Source: an uncultured delta proteobacterium
Lineage (GTDB): Bacteria; Desulfobacterota; Syntrophia; Syntrophales; UBA2185
Assembly (NCBI GenBank): GCA_963695875.1
Contig: CAVOID010000011.1
Location: forward strand, 253,326-317,325
Length of the DNA stretch: 64,000 nucleotides
Direction: 5' to 3'
A model generated the notes under the pieces. It did no database searches. It was not told the DNA's origin and saw nothing but the letters and a program-made list of their open reading frames with translations. Positions 28,534-39,058 of this stretch are shown one piece after another. Both the position numbers and the translations under genes were made by a program. Position 1 is the stretch's first letter. Each line of letters opens with the position of its first letter.

Positions 28534-29865
28534 CTATACTCTTAGAATGAAAGCCCCAATTAAATAACCAATAACCGTCGCGCTTCCGACGCCGATGAGT
28601 CCCGGAATCATGAAGCTGTGATTCAGGATGTATTTGCCTATGCGCGTCGTGCCGGTACGGTCGAAGTTGATGGCGGAAAGATCGCTCGGATAAAAACAGA
28701 AAAAGAAATAGGCGTAGCACGCAGGAATCATACCTATCAGGAGATTGATGGGAATGCCGAGCACAAAACCAACCGGGACCATGATAAGAAGTGTTGCCGC
28801 CTGGCTTTTCACGAATGCCGAAACAATAAACATCGAGACTGCAAAAAGCCATGAGAAGTGACTGACCATCGCCTGCATATTGCTGACCAGCTCTGTTTTA
28901 TGCGCGTCGATAAAGGTATCGCTCATCCAGGCTATGCCCATAATGGCGAGCACCGCCGCCATTCCTGCTGTGAAAATGGAAGACGAAGCGATCTGCGCGG
29001 CCTTCACTCGCGTGTAAAGCAAAAGGACAGCGCCTGTGGAAAGCATGACAATCTGTACGATGATCGTCATAGATACCGGCTTACCCTCAACGATAGGGGC
29101 CAGCCTGAAAATGGCGATAAGAACAATTGTGACAACTCCTAAGAAAAATAGCAGAACCGACCGCTTGGCCTTCTTGGAAATGCTTTCGTCGAGCAACGTC
29201 GCGCCTTCATCCAACTGGCAGCGGAATCCCTCGTCTTTCATCCGCTCCTGAAACTCCTCATCTTTGTCGAGGTCTTTGCCGCGCCTGAGGCTCCAGAGTG
29301 CGGCGAGAAAAACGCCGATTGCAGTCGAGGGAATTGTGACACAGAGAATATTGAACAAAGTAACAGTGTGCCCCGCCTTCAGGGCCATGGCAAGAAAGCT
29401 TGTTACTGCCGCAGCAATCGGGCTTGCGGTGATGCCCATCTGCGATGCAATGGAGGACACGGCCATCGGCCGTTCCGGCCGTATGCCCGTCTTGTAGGCA
29501 ACGTCGGCGATAATCGGCTGCAACAGATAGACCGAATGGCCGGTTCCGACAGACATGGTCAGCACGTAAGTGCAAAGAGGCGCAAGAAAAGTGATATACT
29601 TGGGATGCCTGCGGAGCAGCTTTTCTGCCAACTGTACCATGTATGTCAAACCGCCTGCTGCATGGAGGGTGGCGGATGCCGCGACAACGGCCACGATGAT
29701 GAGCATGACATCGATCGGCGGAGAGCCCGGTTTCATACCGAAAGCAAAGGTGAAGACGGTCACGCCGGCGCCGCCGATAAGGCCCAGGCCAACACCACCG
29801 ACGCGGATTCCAATATAGATTGCTAATAAGAGAATTCCAAAGTGTACCCAAAACATATCAGACAC
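28534..29865 (-). CDS. Anaerobic C4-dicarboxylate transporter (DcuA/DcuB family)
   Basis: PPIDVMLII, RPERP, TASPI, FDRTGTTRIGKYILNHSF. Confidence 0.93.
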   Translation of the reverse strand: MSDMFWVHFGILLLAIYIGIRVGGVGLGLIGGAGVTVFTFAFGMKPGSPPIDVMLIIVAVVAASATLHAAGGLTYMVQLAEKLLRRHPKYITFLAPLCTYVLTMSVGTGHSVYLLQPIIADVAYKTGIRPERPMAVSSIASQMGITASPIAAAVTSFLAMALKAGHTVTLFNILCVTIPSTAIGVFLAALWSLRRGKDLDKDEEFQERMKDEGFRCQLDEGATLLDESISKKAKRSVLLFFLGVVTIVLIAIFRLAPIVEGKPVSMTIIVQIVMLSTGAVLLLYTRVKAAQIASSSIFTAGMAAVLAIMGIAWMSDTFIDAHKTELVSNMQAMVSHFSWLFAVSMFIVSAFVKSQAATLLIMVPVGFVLGIPINLLIGMIPACYAYFFFCFYPSDLSAINFDRTGTTRIGKYILNHSFMIPGLIGVGSATVIGYLIGAFILRV

Positions 29866-30037
29866 CTCCTTGTGCAGTATAAGGTCATATATATGAGATT
29901 ATAAATCCAAGTTCAGAAACTGCTATTAGCGTAAAGAAATTATTAGCACGAATCAGGCAGAAAAGTAAACCTATTGATTGGTCAAAATGTCTTCCAATGA
30001 TGGAAGGTTATGTACCGCTATATTCTTTTCATAGTTT

Positions 30038-30086
30038 TTGAATCCGGCAGCGAGCGCATTCCCCGCAGTTTACTGCGGAGATTCAA
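30038..30086. mobile_element. Short palindromic element, family 1 (single-hairpin copy), followed by a REP-like half
   Basis: TTGAAtccggcagcgagcgcattccccgcagtttactgcggagaTTCAA. Confidence 0.65.
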
Positions 30087-30275
30087 ATACTGGGTTCCTG
30101 CTTTCGCAGCAATGACAAGACGACTGATTTTAACTTATTTATCGGAACATTTTAACGTTCCATTTTCACATGATTTGTGGTACTTATTTCTATATTTTCC
30201 CAAGATACGTTTTGGGCATTAAACGTTTCAAACATTTTCCTTACTTGAAAGAATCCATGAGAGGAGACGACAAGA

Positions 30276-30779
30276 ATGAAGTTCAATAGACCTATAGTAG
30301 CAATCTTCATTTGCTTCTTGATTGTAACCTCGGTGAATGCCCAGCAGCGAGGAACTCCTATCGAAGCGAAGAAACTGGTAGAGCAAGCCGTCGCGTACGT
30401 GAAAGCAAACGGCGAGGAGAAGGCATTGAAGGAATTCAGTACTCCCAGGGGCAAGTTCTTCAAGGAAGAAGAGTATCTCTTTGGTTATGACCTGAAAGAA
30501 GTTTTGAAGGATGACCTGTATGTCTTTGCCTACGACTTGAAAGGAGTCCTGATGGCTAATCCGATGGCTCCAAAGCTCGTCGGCAAGAATCTCTACAATG
30601 AGCCGGACAGCAAGGGAAAGCTATTCAGGAAGGAAATTGTTGATCTTACCAACAGCCGTGGTTCAGGATGGGTAGACTATACCTATATGAACCCCGTGAC
30701 CAAACAGGAAGAAACCAAGATCACCTACTGCCAAAAGACAGGCAATCTAATAGTTTGCTGCGGTGCCTACCTGCCATAG
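30276..30779 (+). CDS. Secreted single Cache domain protein
   Basis: Signal peptide, LYVFAYD, DSKGK, GSGWVDY, K-TY. Confidence 0.88.
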   Translation: MKFNRPIVAIFICFLIVTSVNAQQRGTPIEAKKLVEQAVAYVKANGEEKALKEFSTPRGKFFKEEEYLFGYDLKEVLKDDLYVFAYDLKGVLMANPMAPKLVGKNLYNEPDSKGKLFRKEIVDLTNSRGSGWVDYTYMNPVTKQEETKITYCQKTGNLIVCCGAYLP

Positions 30780-30827
30780 GAAAAACTGAACCTGCATGCA
30801 GGTAGTCACTCAGGAGGGATAGAATTT

Positions 30828-31724
30828 ATGCGACTTCGAAAGACAGGAAGGATTGAGGATCGTCTCTGGTACCTGGGGCGTGAAGAATCCGGGGTTTATA
30901 TCCTCGAGGGACGAGACACTGCAATCTTGATCAACGGTGGAATGAGCTACATACTCGCCGATGTACTTCAACAGATGAAGACGTTTGGGATCGATATGGA
31001 AAAGATCGGAAAGATCCTGATCCTTCATTCGCACTTCGATCATGTGGGTATTGTCCCATATTTCAAACGGACGTATCCCAAGATAGAGATATATGCATCA
31101 GGGCCGGCATGGAAGATCTTCGCCATGCCCAAGGCCATCGAGGTCATGAACAACTACAGCAGGCTCAGCGCACAACAGGTTGGGGATGAAAATGTTCTCA
31201 AGACCTACGATCTCACTTGGCGCGATGATATTACAGGTACAACCCTTGCCGAAGGAGATAAGATAGAACTTGGCGGTGTCGCCCTTTCTATTTATGATAC
31301 CCCCGGCCACTCCAACTGTTCCATTACCGCCTACGAGCGCGACATGAAAGTTATGTTTGCATCCGATGCCGTAGGGGTTCCTTACAGGAACGCATGCTTC
31401 CCCTCGATGAATACGAATATCACGCAATTTCTCGAAAGCCTGGAGAAGCTGAGGCCTTTGCCGGTTTCCTGCCTCTGTGCAGACCACTATGGATATATTA
31501 CCGGGGAGGAGGCGGCGCGCTTCACTGAACTGACCATCGAGGAAGGCCGCAAATGGAGGGTCATGATGGAGGATTTATATCACCGGCATGGCGGAGACAT
31601 CGACCTTGCAGGAAAGGCCATCACGGACTATCTATTTCAAAAGATGCCTGATTATTTTGTCGCAAGAGACATTATGGAGGGGGTCTTCAGGCAGATGTTA
31701 AAGTTCATCTCTAAAAATCAGTAG
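30828..31724 (+). CDS. MBL-fold metallo-hydrolase
   Basis: HSHFDH, TPGHS, ASDA, DHYG. Confidence 0.9.
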   Translation: MRLRKTGRIEDRLWYLGREESGVYILEGRDTAILINGGMSYILADVLQQMKTFGIDMEKIGKILILHSHFDHVGIVPYFKRTYPKIEIYASGPAWKIFAMPKAIEVMNNYSRLSAQQVGDENVLKTYDLTWRDDITGTTLAEGDKIELGGVALSIYDTPGHSNCSITAYERDMKVMFASDAVGVPYRNACFPSMNTNITQFLESLEKLRPLPVSCLCADHYGYITGEEAARFTELTIEEGRKWRVMMEDLYHRHGGDIDLAGKAITDYLFQKMPDYFVARDIMEGVFRQMLKFISKNQ

Positions 31725-31883
31725 AAAGGAATATCAAATTAATACTTCCTGGAATGTTATTTTTTTTAAGTCAGTGCGCACATGCAACATTTCACATAGC
31801 CATCTATAACATATCTTATGGGTTTTTTAGGTTTGGTATATTAGTATATAAGAAGACAATCGTTTATTAAAAAAAGGGCGGAC

Positions 31884-32696
31884 ATGTCGATGAAACATAC
31901 TTTTATGCAAATTATCCTGATCTTTTTTCTGTTTGTATTATTCATTCCCAATTCATCCTTGGCGGTTGATGAAAAAGTCCTTACCAGCCCCACCATTGGA
32001 GCAAAATTCGTCTTAATCCCTGCGGGGACGTTCGCGATGGGCTCTCCCCCCGATGAGCCGGGGCGGGGCAGTGATGAAACCCTGCACCAGGTAACAATCA
32101 GCAAACCCTTTTACATACAGACCACTTTGGTGACCCAGGGACAGTGGAAAAAGGTCAAAGGGAGTAATCCATCTACCTTTAATAAATGCGGCGATGACTG
32201 TCCGGTGGAGAGCGTTTCCTGGGATGATGTCCAGGACTTCATCAAGAAGCTTAACCAGCAGGAAGGTACTAATAAGTACAGGCTTCCCACGGAGGCGGAG
32301 TGGGAGTATGCAGCACGGGCGGGAACAACGACGCCTTATTATACGGGCAAGTGTCTTTCGACAGATCAGGCTAACTACGATGGAAATTATACCCTTTCAG
32401 GCTGCCCAACAGGGAAATATCGAAAAAAGACGGTTCGGGTGGGAAGCTTTGCCGCCAATGCCTGGGGTCTCTACGATATGCATGGGAACGTCTTCGAATG
32501 GTGTCAGGACTGGTACGGAGATTATCCATCGGGGCAAGTGACTGATCCCGTGGGCCCTTCAATAGGCTCGGGCCGGGTACTCCGGGGGTGCTACTGGAGC
32601 TGCCAAGCGAGGTACTGTCGTTCGGCGTATCGCGATACCATCACCCCTGACAGCAGGAAAGATATTGTCGGGTTTCGCCTCGTCAGGACCCCGTGA
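31884..32696 (+). CDS. FGE-sulfatase (SUMF1-like, CLec fold) domain protein
   Basis: FAMGS, RLPTEAEWEYAAR, NAWGLYDMHGNVFEW, GFRL; signal peptide. Confidence 0.92.
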   Translation: MSMKHTFMQIILIFFLFVLFIPNSSLAVDEKVLTSPTIGAKFVLIPAGTFAMGSPPDEPGRGSDETLHQVTISKPFYIQTTLVTQGQWKKVKGSNPSTFNKCGDDCPVESVSWDDVQDFIKKLNQQEGTNKYRLPTEAEWEYAARAGTTTPYYTGKCLSTDQANYDGNYTLSGCPTGKYRKKTVRVGSFAANAWGLYDMHGNVFEWCQDWYGDYPSGQVTDPVGPSIGSGRVLRGCYWSCQARYCRSAYRDTITPDSRKDIVGFRLVRTP

Positions 32697-33246
32697 AATA
32701 ATTCTAAATCTCCATATAAATTCTTGACGATTTGATAATTTATGATGATAAGGCGGAGTACTTATTGGTTCAAGGTGTGGGATCATATGATTTTTGTAAA
32801 GAATAATTGCACACCTGATAGATGACAATCGGTTACAGCAGTTTGCTTTGTAACTGCTGGCCCTTCACCGTTGCCGATCAATCATTCCATACAAAGGGAC
32901 GTATTCCCTTATTTGATCGATTCATTTATTGCCATGTGAAAACGTGCAAATCTTGAAGATTTGTTTTCTCTGCTAAAAGGACGCACTCATCCTTCCTGTT
33001 AGAGAGATTTCTCAAGTCTTCCTGTAGACGCAACATTTCTTCAGGAAATCAACAGATATTATCAGTTTTCAAATCATATACTTTTTTTCTGTAAGTTATG
33101 CCGATTCCATATAAATAATGTCCGTTTATCAATATGCTGAATTATTAAGTTGTTTCCCATGCTTTCATTTCGCTTGACATAGATATTTGTTTGATATTTC
33201 ATAGGATATAAAAATAACTATTGGAGCATAAGAATAAAGGACCAAC

Positions 33247-34968
33247 ATGAAAATTGCAGATTTCATGACACTGCTCGGCAAACAACTAGAAGAGTTGATG
33301 AAGCAGTATCCGGGGCAACTCAATACACCTGAAAGGGCCTTCATCGCCTGGACACTCATGCGTATTGGAACGGACGACATTACACCAGACGAAGCTGTTG
33401 ATGCCATCGTCGACGGGGGACAAGAAAAGGGTATCGATGCCATCTACGTTCCGGATCGTGCGGGGCGGATCATCATCCTTCAGACAAAATACCACAAGAA
33501 CCCGGAGAAACATGGCATAAAAAAGAACGACCTCGTCAAGCTCTTCGCCGGCGTAGACTGGCTCTTGCGTGGAGATTTGTCGAAGATCACTGGCAATCCG
33601 GAGTTCACAGCGAAGGCCGAAGAGTTCCGTGATGCCTATGTCAACTTTGATTACAGCGAAATTTTTGTTGTATTGGCGGCGACGTCAGCAAAGGGCCCGG
33701 GTAAGGAGGAAAGAGACGAGATTGATCATGAACTCGTTAAATTACGCGATACCGGGGCCGCATTTGATATCAAGACACTCACGGCCGATCATCTTCACGA
33801 CGCACTCATCAGTGCCGTGCACGATAGATATCAGTTGGCAATCGAAATCAGCTTCGCAGGAAAACCGTTTCAGTATGAGCGCGCCAAAGGTGGGGCAAGG
33901 GCGCTAGTCGGGGCGGTCAAAGGTTCAGAACTCTCCAACCTGTTTCGCAAACGCAGCTTTCGGATTTTCGACGCCAACATCCGCAACTACCTCGGACTAG
34001 GAAAAATCAACCAGACCATTCAGCGCACGGCCACCGACAAGAATGACGCCTCGAACTTCTGGTTTTACAACAACGGCGTTACCTTCGTATGTGACGAGTA
34101 TTTCTTTCGTAGCCTAGAAGATACCGTCGTTAAGATGCGAAATGCTCAGATTATCAATGGTTGCCAAACTGTCATGAGCCTTTATAACGCGGGTAGGGAT
34201 CTGAGAGATGATGTTGAAGTTCTTGTGAGGGTCATTGAGAAGGAGCAGGATCTTGACTTCTTTCGGCGGATTACGCTCTTCGCGAATTCTCAAAATGCTG
34301 TACGCGCTGCTGACTTGGTCGGAACAGACACATTGCAGCTGGAGTTGAAAAGGGTACTGCTGAAACAAGGCATCTATTATGAAACACGCAGAGGTGACTA
34401 TAAGGCCGAGAAGGACTCTCTTTCGCCAATGCCACGCGAAGTCATGACGATGAAAAGAGCATCCCAGGCAATCGCGACCGTATTCTTACAGAAGCCTGGC
34501 ATAGCCAAAAAAGACACTTCTCGTCTTTTTCTGGGAAGCACGGATGGTGGTCTCTATGACAGTCTGTTTACAGCGTCTACGATCCCTGAGCAGATTATCG
34601 CTGCATACAGAACCATGGATGCGATTGAAGCTGAGAGAAAACGGCGAGAAGCTGAAGCATTTGCGGCAGGAAGGCAGATCCCAAGCTGGGTTCCTCATAG
34701 CGATCATTTCATGGCAGCTCTGTTTTTCTGGGAAGCATTCAACAAGACGAGGGTGGCTGACCCCACATACTTGCTCAAATTCGCGCAGTGGGTGTCAAAA
34801 CAAGGAAACAAGGACTTCCAAACCAGATACAAGGGGCTAATGGATGTTGTCGATAAAGTAGTTAAGACTGAAGAAAGCAGGTATGGCTATAGTCACCCAA
34901 GGTTCTTCAAGACTCAGCCTGAGTATGATGACAAACTGAAGCCGAAAATCACAAAGAATACGATTTAA
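33247..34968 (+). CDS. AIPR family (abortive infection phage resistance) protein
   Basis: DGGQEKGIDAIY...QTKY, NIRNYLG, FWFYNNGVT, QIINGCQT, ANSQN. Confidence 0.9.
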   Translation: MKIADFMTLLGKQLEELMKQYPGQLNTPERAFIAWTLMRIGTDDITPDEAVDAIVDGGQEKGIDAIYVPDRAGRIIILQTKYHKNPEKHGIKKNDLVKLFAGVDWLLRGDLSKITGNPEFTAKAEEFRDAYVNFDYSEIFVVLAATSAKGPGKEERDEIDHELVKLRDTGAAFDIKTLTADHLHDALISAVHDRYQLAIEISFAGKPFQYERAKGGARALVGAVKGSELSNLFRKRSFRIFDANIRNYLGLGKINQTIQRTATDKNDASNFWFYNNGVTFVCDEYFFRSLEDTVVKMRNAQIINGCQTVMSLYNAGRDLRDDVEVLVRVIEKEQDLDFFRRITLFANSQNAVRAADLVGTDTLQLELKRVLLKQGIYYETRRGDYKAEKDSLSPMPREVMTMKRASQAIATVFLQKPGIAKKDTSRLFLGSTDGGLYDSLFTASTIPEQIIAAYRTMDAIEAERKRREAEAFAAGRQIPSWVPHSDHFMAALFFWEAFNKTRVADPTYLLKFAQWVSKQGNKDFQTRYKGLMDVVDKVVKTEESRYGYSHPRFFKTQPEYDDKLKPKITKNTI

Positions 34969-35404
34969 ACACATGAAGCACCAACAAAGCCAACTCTGGC
35001 TGATGGCGAGTCGTCACTTGTTCTTTCAAACCGTAATTCACAAGGATGGGACTTTTAAAAATCATTTAGTTGTAGGTGAACAAAAGTCCAGCCTTATCTG
35101 GATTTCATCGAGATCAATCTCAAGAATTGCCATTTGAAGTATTGTATATTTCTTCAAAAAACCAACTCATTTCTTTCAATAATAAAATAAGGGACAACGT
35201 CCTGGCTAATGAATGAAATGGGACTGCCATGATAATTTATGGAGTCAGTCGTTTGCGGCTAACTCTTTTTTGGATTTGTCGGAATGAGGTCCCTCCGAAA
35301 GAATCCCACGGCGGGTGTCGAGGAAACCTAAAGACATCTGGGTCAGGTCGTATTTGAAGTGGCGTTCTCGTAAGGTTTCAGCTTGTCGCTTGTTGCCGGT
35401 ATGA

Positions 35405-36151
35405 TCACTCACTGTACTCCTTAATCAGCTTGGAGCCGTAAAGAAAGAAAACCGACGCATAGACAATCATTACACAGAGTGAAATCAACCCCTCTGTATC
35501 CAGGATTGTCTTTCTTATCAGGATGCTCGCATGGGTAAGGGGCAGCACATAGATAACCGCTTTAAAGTAAACAGGCAATTTATCCACGGGGAAAAATGTT
35601 CCGCTGAAAAACGCCATGGGTATGACAAAGAAGTTGGAATACGTGGCCGTATCTTCATGGGATTTCGTAACCATCCCGACGATTACGCCCAAATTGGCAA
35701 AGAGAAAGCAGTTCAAAAGCAGGGCGATCACAAACCATGAGGTGAGTGAAAAATCCGGTGAAGATATGAAACCGACGATGATGATTAAAGATGATGCAAA
35801 GATCCCCTTTGCCATGCCTGCCAGCACCTCCCCGGTCATGATCGAGGAATGGCTGATGGGAGCCTGAACGTAGATCTGGAATGTCTTGAAATAGAGCCTG
35901 TTGAGATTCAAGGAGGTCGAGACCCAGGTGTAGGAGTTGTTCATGGAACTCATGGCCACAAGTCCCGGGAGGAGAAAGGAGAGATAATCGGCGCCTTCGA
36001 TGCGGACGCTCCTGCCGAGGCCGAATCCGAAGGCGACGAGATAGATTATCGGTACGACCATGGCGGAAAAGATATAGCCGAGTTTGAGGAGCCTCCTTTT
36101 GAAATGAAGCATTTCCTTCAAAAAAATGGGATACCACGCGGGTGTGATCAT
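35405..36151 (-). CDS. ABC-2 type transporter permease
   Basis: YLSFLLPG, FFSGTFFPV, LPLTH; six TMs. Confidence 0.9.
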   Translation of the reverse strand: MITPAWYPIFLKEMLHFKRRLLKLGYIFSAMVVPIIYLVAFGFGLGRSVRIEGADYLSFLLPGLVAMSSMNNSYTWVSTSLNLNRLYFKTFQIYVQAPISHSSIMTGEVLAGMAKGIFASSLIIIVGFISSPDFSLTSWFVIALLLNCFLFANLGVIVGMVTKSHEDTATYSNFFVIPMAFFSGTFFPVDKLPVYFKAVIYVLPLTHASILIRKTILDTEGLISLCVMIVYASVFFLYGSKLIKEYSE

Positions 36152-36984
36152 TCTATACGCTCTCCCGTAAGTTTTATGAATACATCCTCGAGATTTGACT
36201 TTCTCACGGTCACGCTATTCGGCTGGTGTTTTGCGATTTCATGCGCCTCGCCCCGACTTTTGCAGATGTGCTGTATGAGCTTTCCTTCTGCATCAATATA
36301 CTCGACAATGTAATCGCCCACACTGCTTTTGAGGTGATGAGGAGTATCGAGGGCTATCAACGCTCCCCTTGCAAGAATGCCCACCCTGTCGCACAACGCC
36401 TCCGCCTCCTCGATATAGTGCGTGGTAATGACGACGGTCCGGCCTTCTATCCTGGTCTTTCTGATGATATCCCAGAGCTGCCTCCTGATCTGCGGGTCCA
36501 GACCGATGGACGGTTCGTCAAGGAAGAGAACGGCCGGTTCCGGGAGGAGGGCCCTTGCCAGGAGGAGCCTTCTCTGCATGCCTCCGGAAAATCCCGATAC
36601 GAGTGAATCCCTTCTGTCAGACAAATCGACCATCTTCAGGTGTTCGCTGATTTTCCTTTCTTTGTCACTCACGCGGTGCAGCATCCCGTAGATGAGCAGG
36701 TTTTCATAGGCCGTAAGCTCCCGGTCGAGGTTGTTTTCCTGGGGCACGACACCGATGTGCTTTTTTATTTCATAAGGGTTTGCTGCGACATCAAAACCGT
36801 TGATCGTGCATTTGCCCGAATCGGGTCTGCTCAAGGCAGTGAGCATCTTGATGGTTGTTGTTTTGCCCGCACCGTTCGGGCCGAGAAGGCCGAATACCTC
36901 TCCTTTACTGACGGAAAAGGTTATGTTATCCACCGCCTTTACGTTCCCGTAGGTTTTTGTCAGTCCTTTAATTTCGATCATCAA
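36148..36984 (-). CDS. ABC transporter ATP-binding protein (NodI/DrrA-like)
   Basis: GPNGAGKTT, FSGGM, LDEP, TTHY. Confidence 0.93.
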   Translation of the reverse strand: MMIEIKGLTKTYGNVKAVDNITFSVSKGEVFGLLGPNGAGKTTTIKMLTALSRPDSGKCTINGFDVAANPYEIKKHIGVVPQENNLDRELTAYENLLIYGMLHRVSDKERKISEHLKMVDLSDRRDSLVSGFSGGMQRRLLLARALLPEPAVLFLDEPSIGLDPQIRRQLWDIIRKTRIEGRTVVITTHYIEEAEALCDRVGILARGALIALDTPHHLKSSVGDYIVEYIDAEGKLIQHICKSRGEAHEIAKHQPNSVTVRKSNLEDVFIKLTGERIE

Positions 36985-37421
36985 ATTACCATAGTACAGA
37001 TAACTTTCGTTCCGTTATGGCCGATCCCGGACGCATCGATTCCATTCATCTATAATTAATACATCAAGAGGGTTGCCTGACGCAATCATATATTCTTCAT
37101 CGATCAAACACAACGTTGTCGGAAAACTATAAAGGTAACGGGCGACAGTAATTTCGATGAGGGGACTCTTTTCTGAGTCGGAAATAAGGCTGGGAATCAT
37201 TCTTGTGCCAATAAAAAATGGGCCATGATAGACTCATCGCCCATTATTTCATTTGGTTATTATCAAATCCTCGAATAAACAGGGCAGAGCCACTTATGAC
37301 ACTGCCATTTGCATTGACCATCCTTCTTTGTCATGCCTTACTTCCTGTCAATACCCTTGTTACAGATTTCAGCGCACTAACTAACCCAAAACGTTCAATC
37401 ATAATTTTCTTGTACATATCG

Positions 37422-38481
37422 TCATGAGTTTTTGGTGGTATATGAGGTCTTGTCTTTCTTATGCATTTGGTGGGCATCGTTAACACATGCTTGAACGCAA
37501 ACTCCACAACCGATGCAGCGATCACGGTTGATGACGGCAACTTTATCTTCCATCGAGATAGCCCCCATGCCGCAGCGGTCTATACACATCTCGCATCCCT
37601 TGCACAGTGACGGATCAATTGTAGCATAGTAATTTGAAATGAAGAGATCAGCCGGCTTCGGATGCATTTTGTATACCTTTAGTGCATGGCAGCAGTCAAT
37701 GCAACAGCAGCATACGAATTTCGGCTCCTGTGCATTTTCTGGTTGCAGGACAAATCCTGCCTCTTCGGCCCGGTCCAGAATCGCAAGGGCTTCCTCATTT
37801 GTGATCGGCCGGCCCACGCCTCCTTCAATGCTAAAACGCGCTACACCACTAAACGTGAGGCAAGTCTCGCGGATGTCTGAGTGCCGACAGGGGTTATCGA
37901 TGATATCGGCTTAACTGCCGGCACACACAATTTTGCACAGCAATGTCACCTTTCAAATTTTTCACATATTCCCTGATGTCGTTATATGATTCCACGCGCA
38001 AGTCGGGTGTAACTGACCGGCTGACGGGTATAGTGCGCATCTGTTTAGTTTTTGTACTCAATAAATCCTTGTGAAATTGTTCGTTGGTATACTGCTCGAA
38101 GTCTTCAGCAAAATCCCTCGTCAGGCGATCGACCTGGAACTCAAACATCCCGATGGCAAGCTGTGCAAGGCTGTACCGCTTTCCCTTTCCTTTGGATTCA
38201 AACATGCGGCCACCCATGATTGCCCCTTTTTTCACGAGGTTATCCAGCACGTCTTCCAGCTCTTTCCGGGTGATGGTAATCCCGCTCTTTTGTACCCGTT
38301 TGTATATCCGATCAAGGGTTTCCGGCAGGATATTGAGGTTTAGTGCTATCTCGGCCTCGGCCGGTGTAAAGAGATGCTTCAGGAGCTTCAGCTCTACTCC
38401 GGATTTCGTCTTGGAATACGGGATAGGCATCTTGTTAATCTCCCGCTGCAATTTGCGGTACACATCATCATGAGTATTCAT
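37422..38481 (-). CDS. 4Fe-4S dicluster-binding protein split by a +1 frameshift near 37912
   Basis: Removing one A after CAG TTA gives CVCRQLADIIDNPCRHSDIRETC, continuous with CCCCIDCC, CKGCEMCIDRC and CIGCGVCVQAC. Confidence 0.85.
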
Positions 38482-39058
38482 ACGCTCCTCCCCTTTGAAG
38501 AAATGTTAAGATTACTTTTTGGTGGAAAGTGTTAACGCCTAACCTTGTCTGACTGGTGAACTAATCCCGGCGTGAGGATTGTGTATGAAATATAGTCGGA
38601 AAATGGGAGATTTCTGTTGAGTCGAGATAAACAAATCTTCTAATGGTTTGTTGAAATTTGTCAAGTTGTATTTGATGGTTCTCGAACATTGCTTTCTGAA
38701 TAATCCTTTTTAGCATGATAGCATTTCTCAAGATAATGGTGTGTGGTTAATTACAGCCTACTTTGATCTTTTTCTTCAATAGTGAATATTTCGATTAGAA
38801 ATTATTATCTTTCACAACTGACGCAAGGCCAACAGTTGTGGGTGCCACCTGCGATTCCACTGGTTGGGCGATCTTGAAAAATCAGCAATTGTATTTTTTG
38901 TTTAGGCCTTCCTGAAAGGTAGTATTTCAATTTCTGGCCTTCTATGCTACATTACAATCGGAAATGGATAGGGACGATCAGATATATAAGAGATCAATAA
39001 AACGGGAAAAGATAGAAGTATCAAGAGAGTTATAATTGAATGACGGAGTGGGATAGAT

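Noticed and set aside
35185..35360. GGGAC/GGGTCAG-type motifs as REP or transposase-end remnants
   Set aside because: Too short and degenerate to define boundaries
37015..37200. 61-aa ORF faintly resembling an ABC ATPase C-terminus
   Set aside because: No Walker or signature motifs; similarity too weak to call
37212..37312. GGGCGATGAGTC hairpin (minus strand) as a fluoride riboswitch
   Set aside because: Lacks the downstream pseudoknot-forming GCTGATGAC segment; the hairpin plus U-run fits an ordinary terminator
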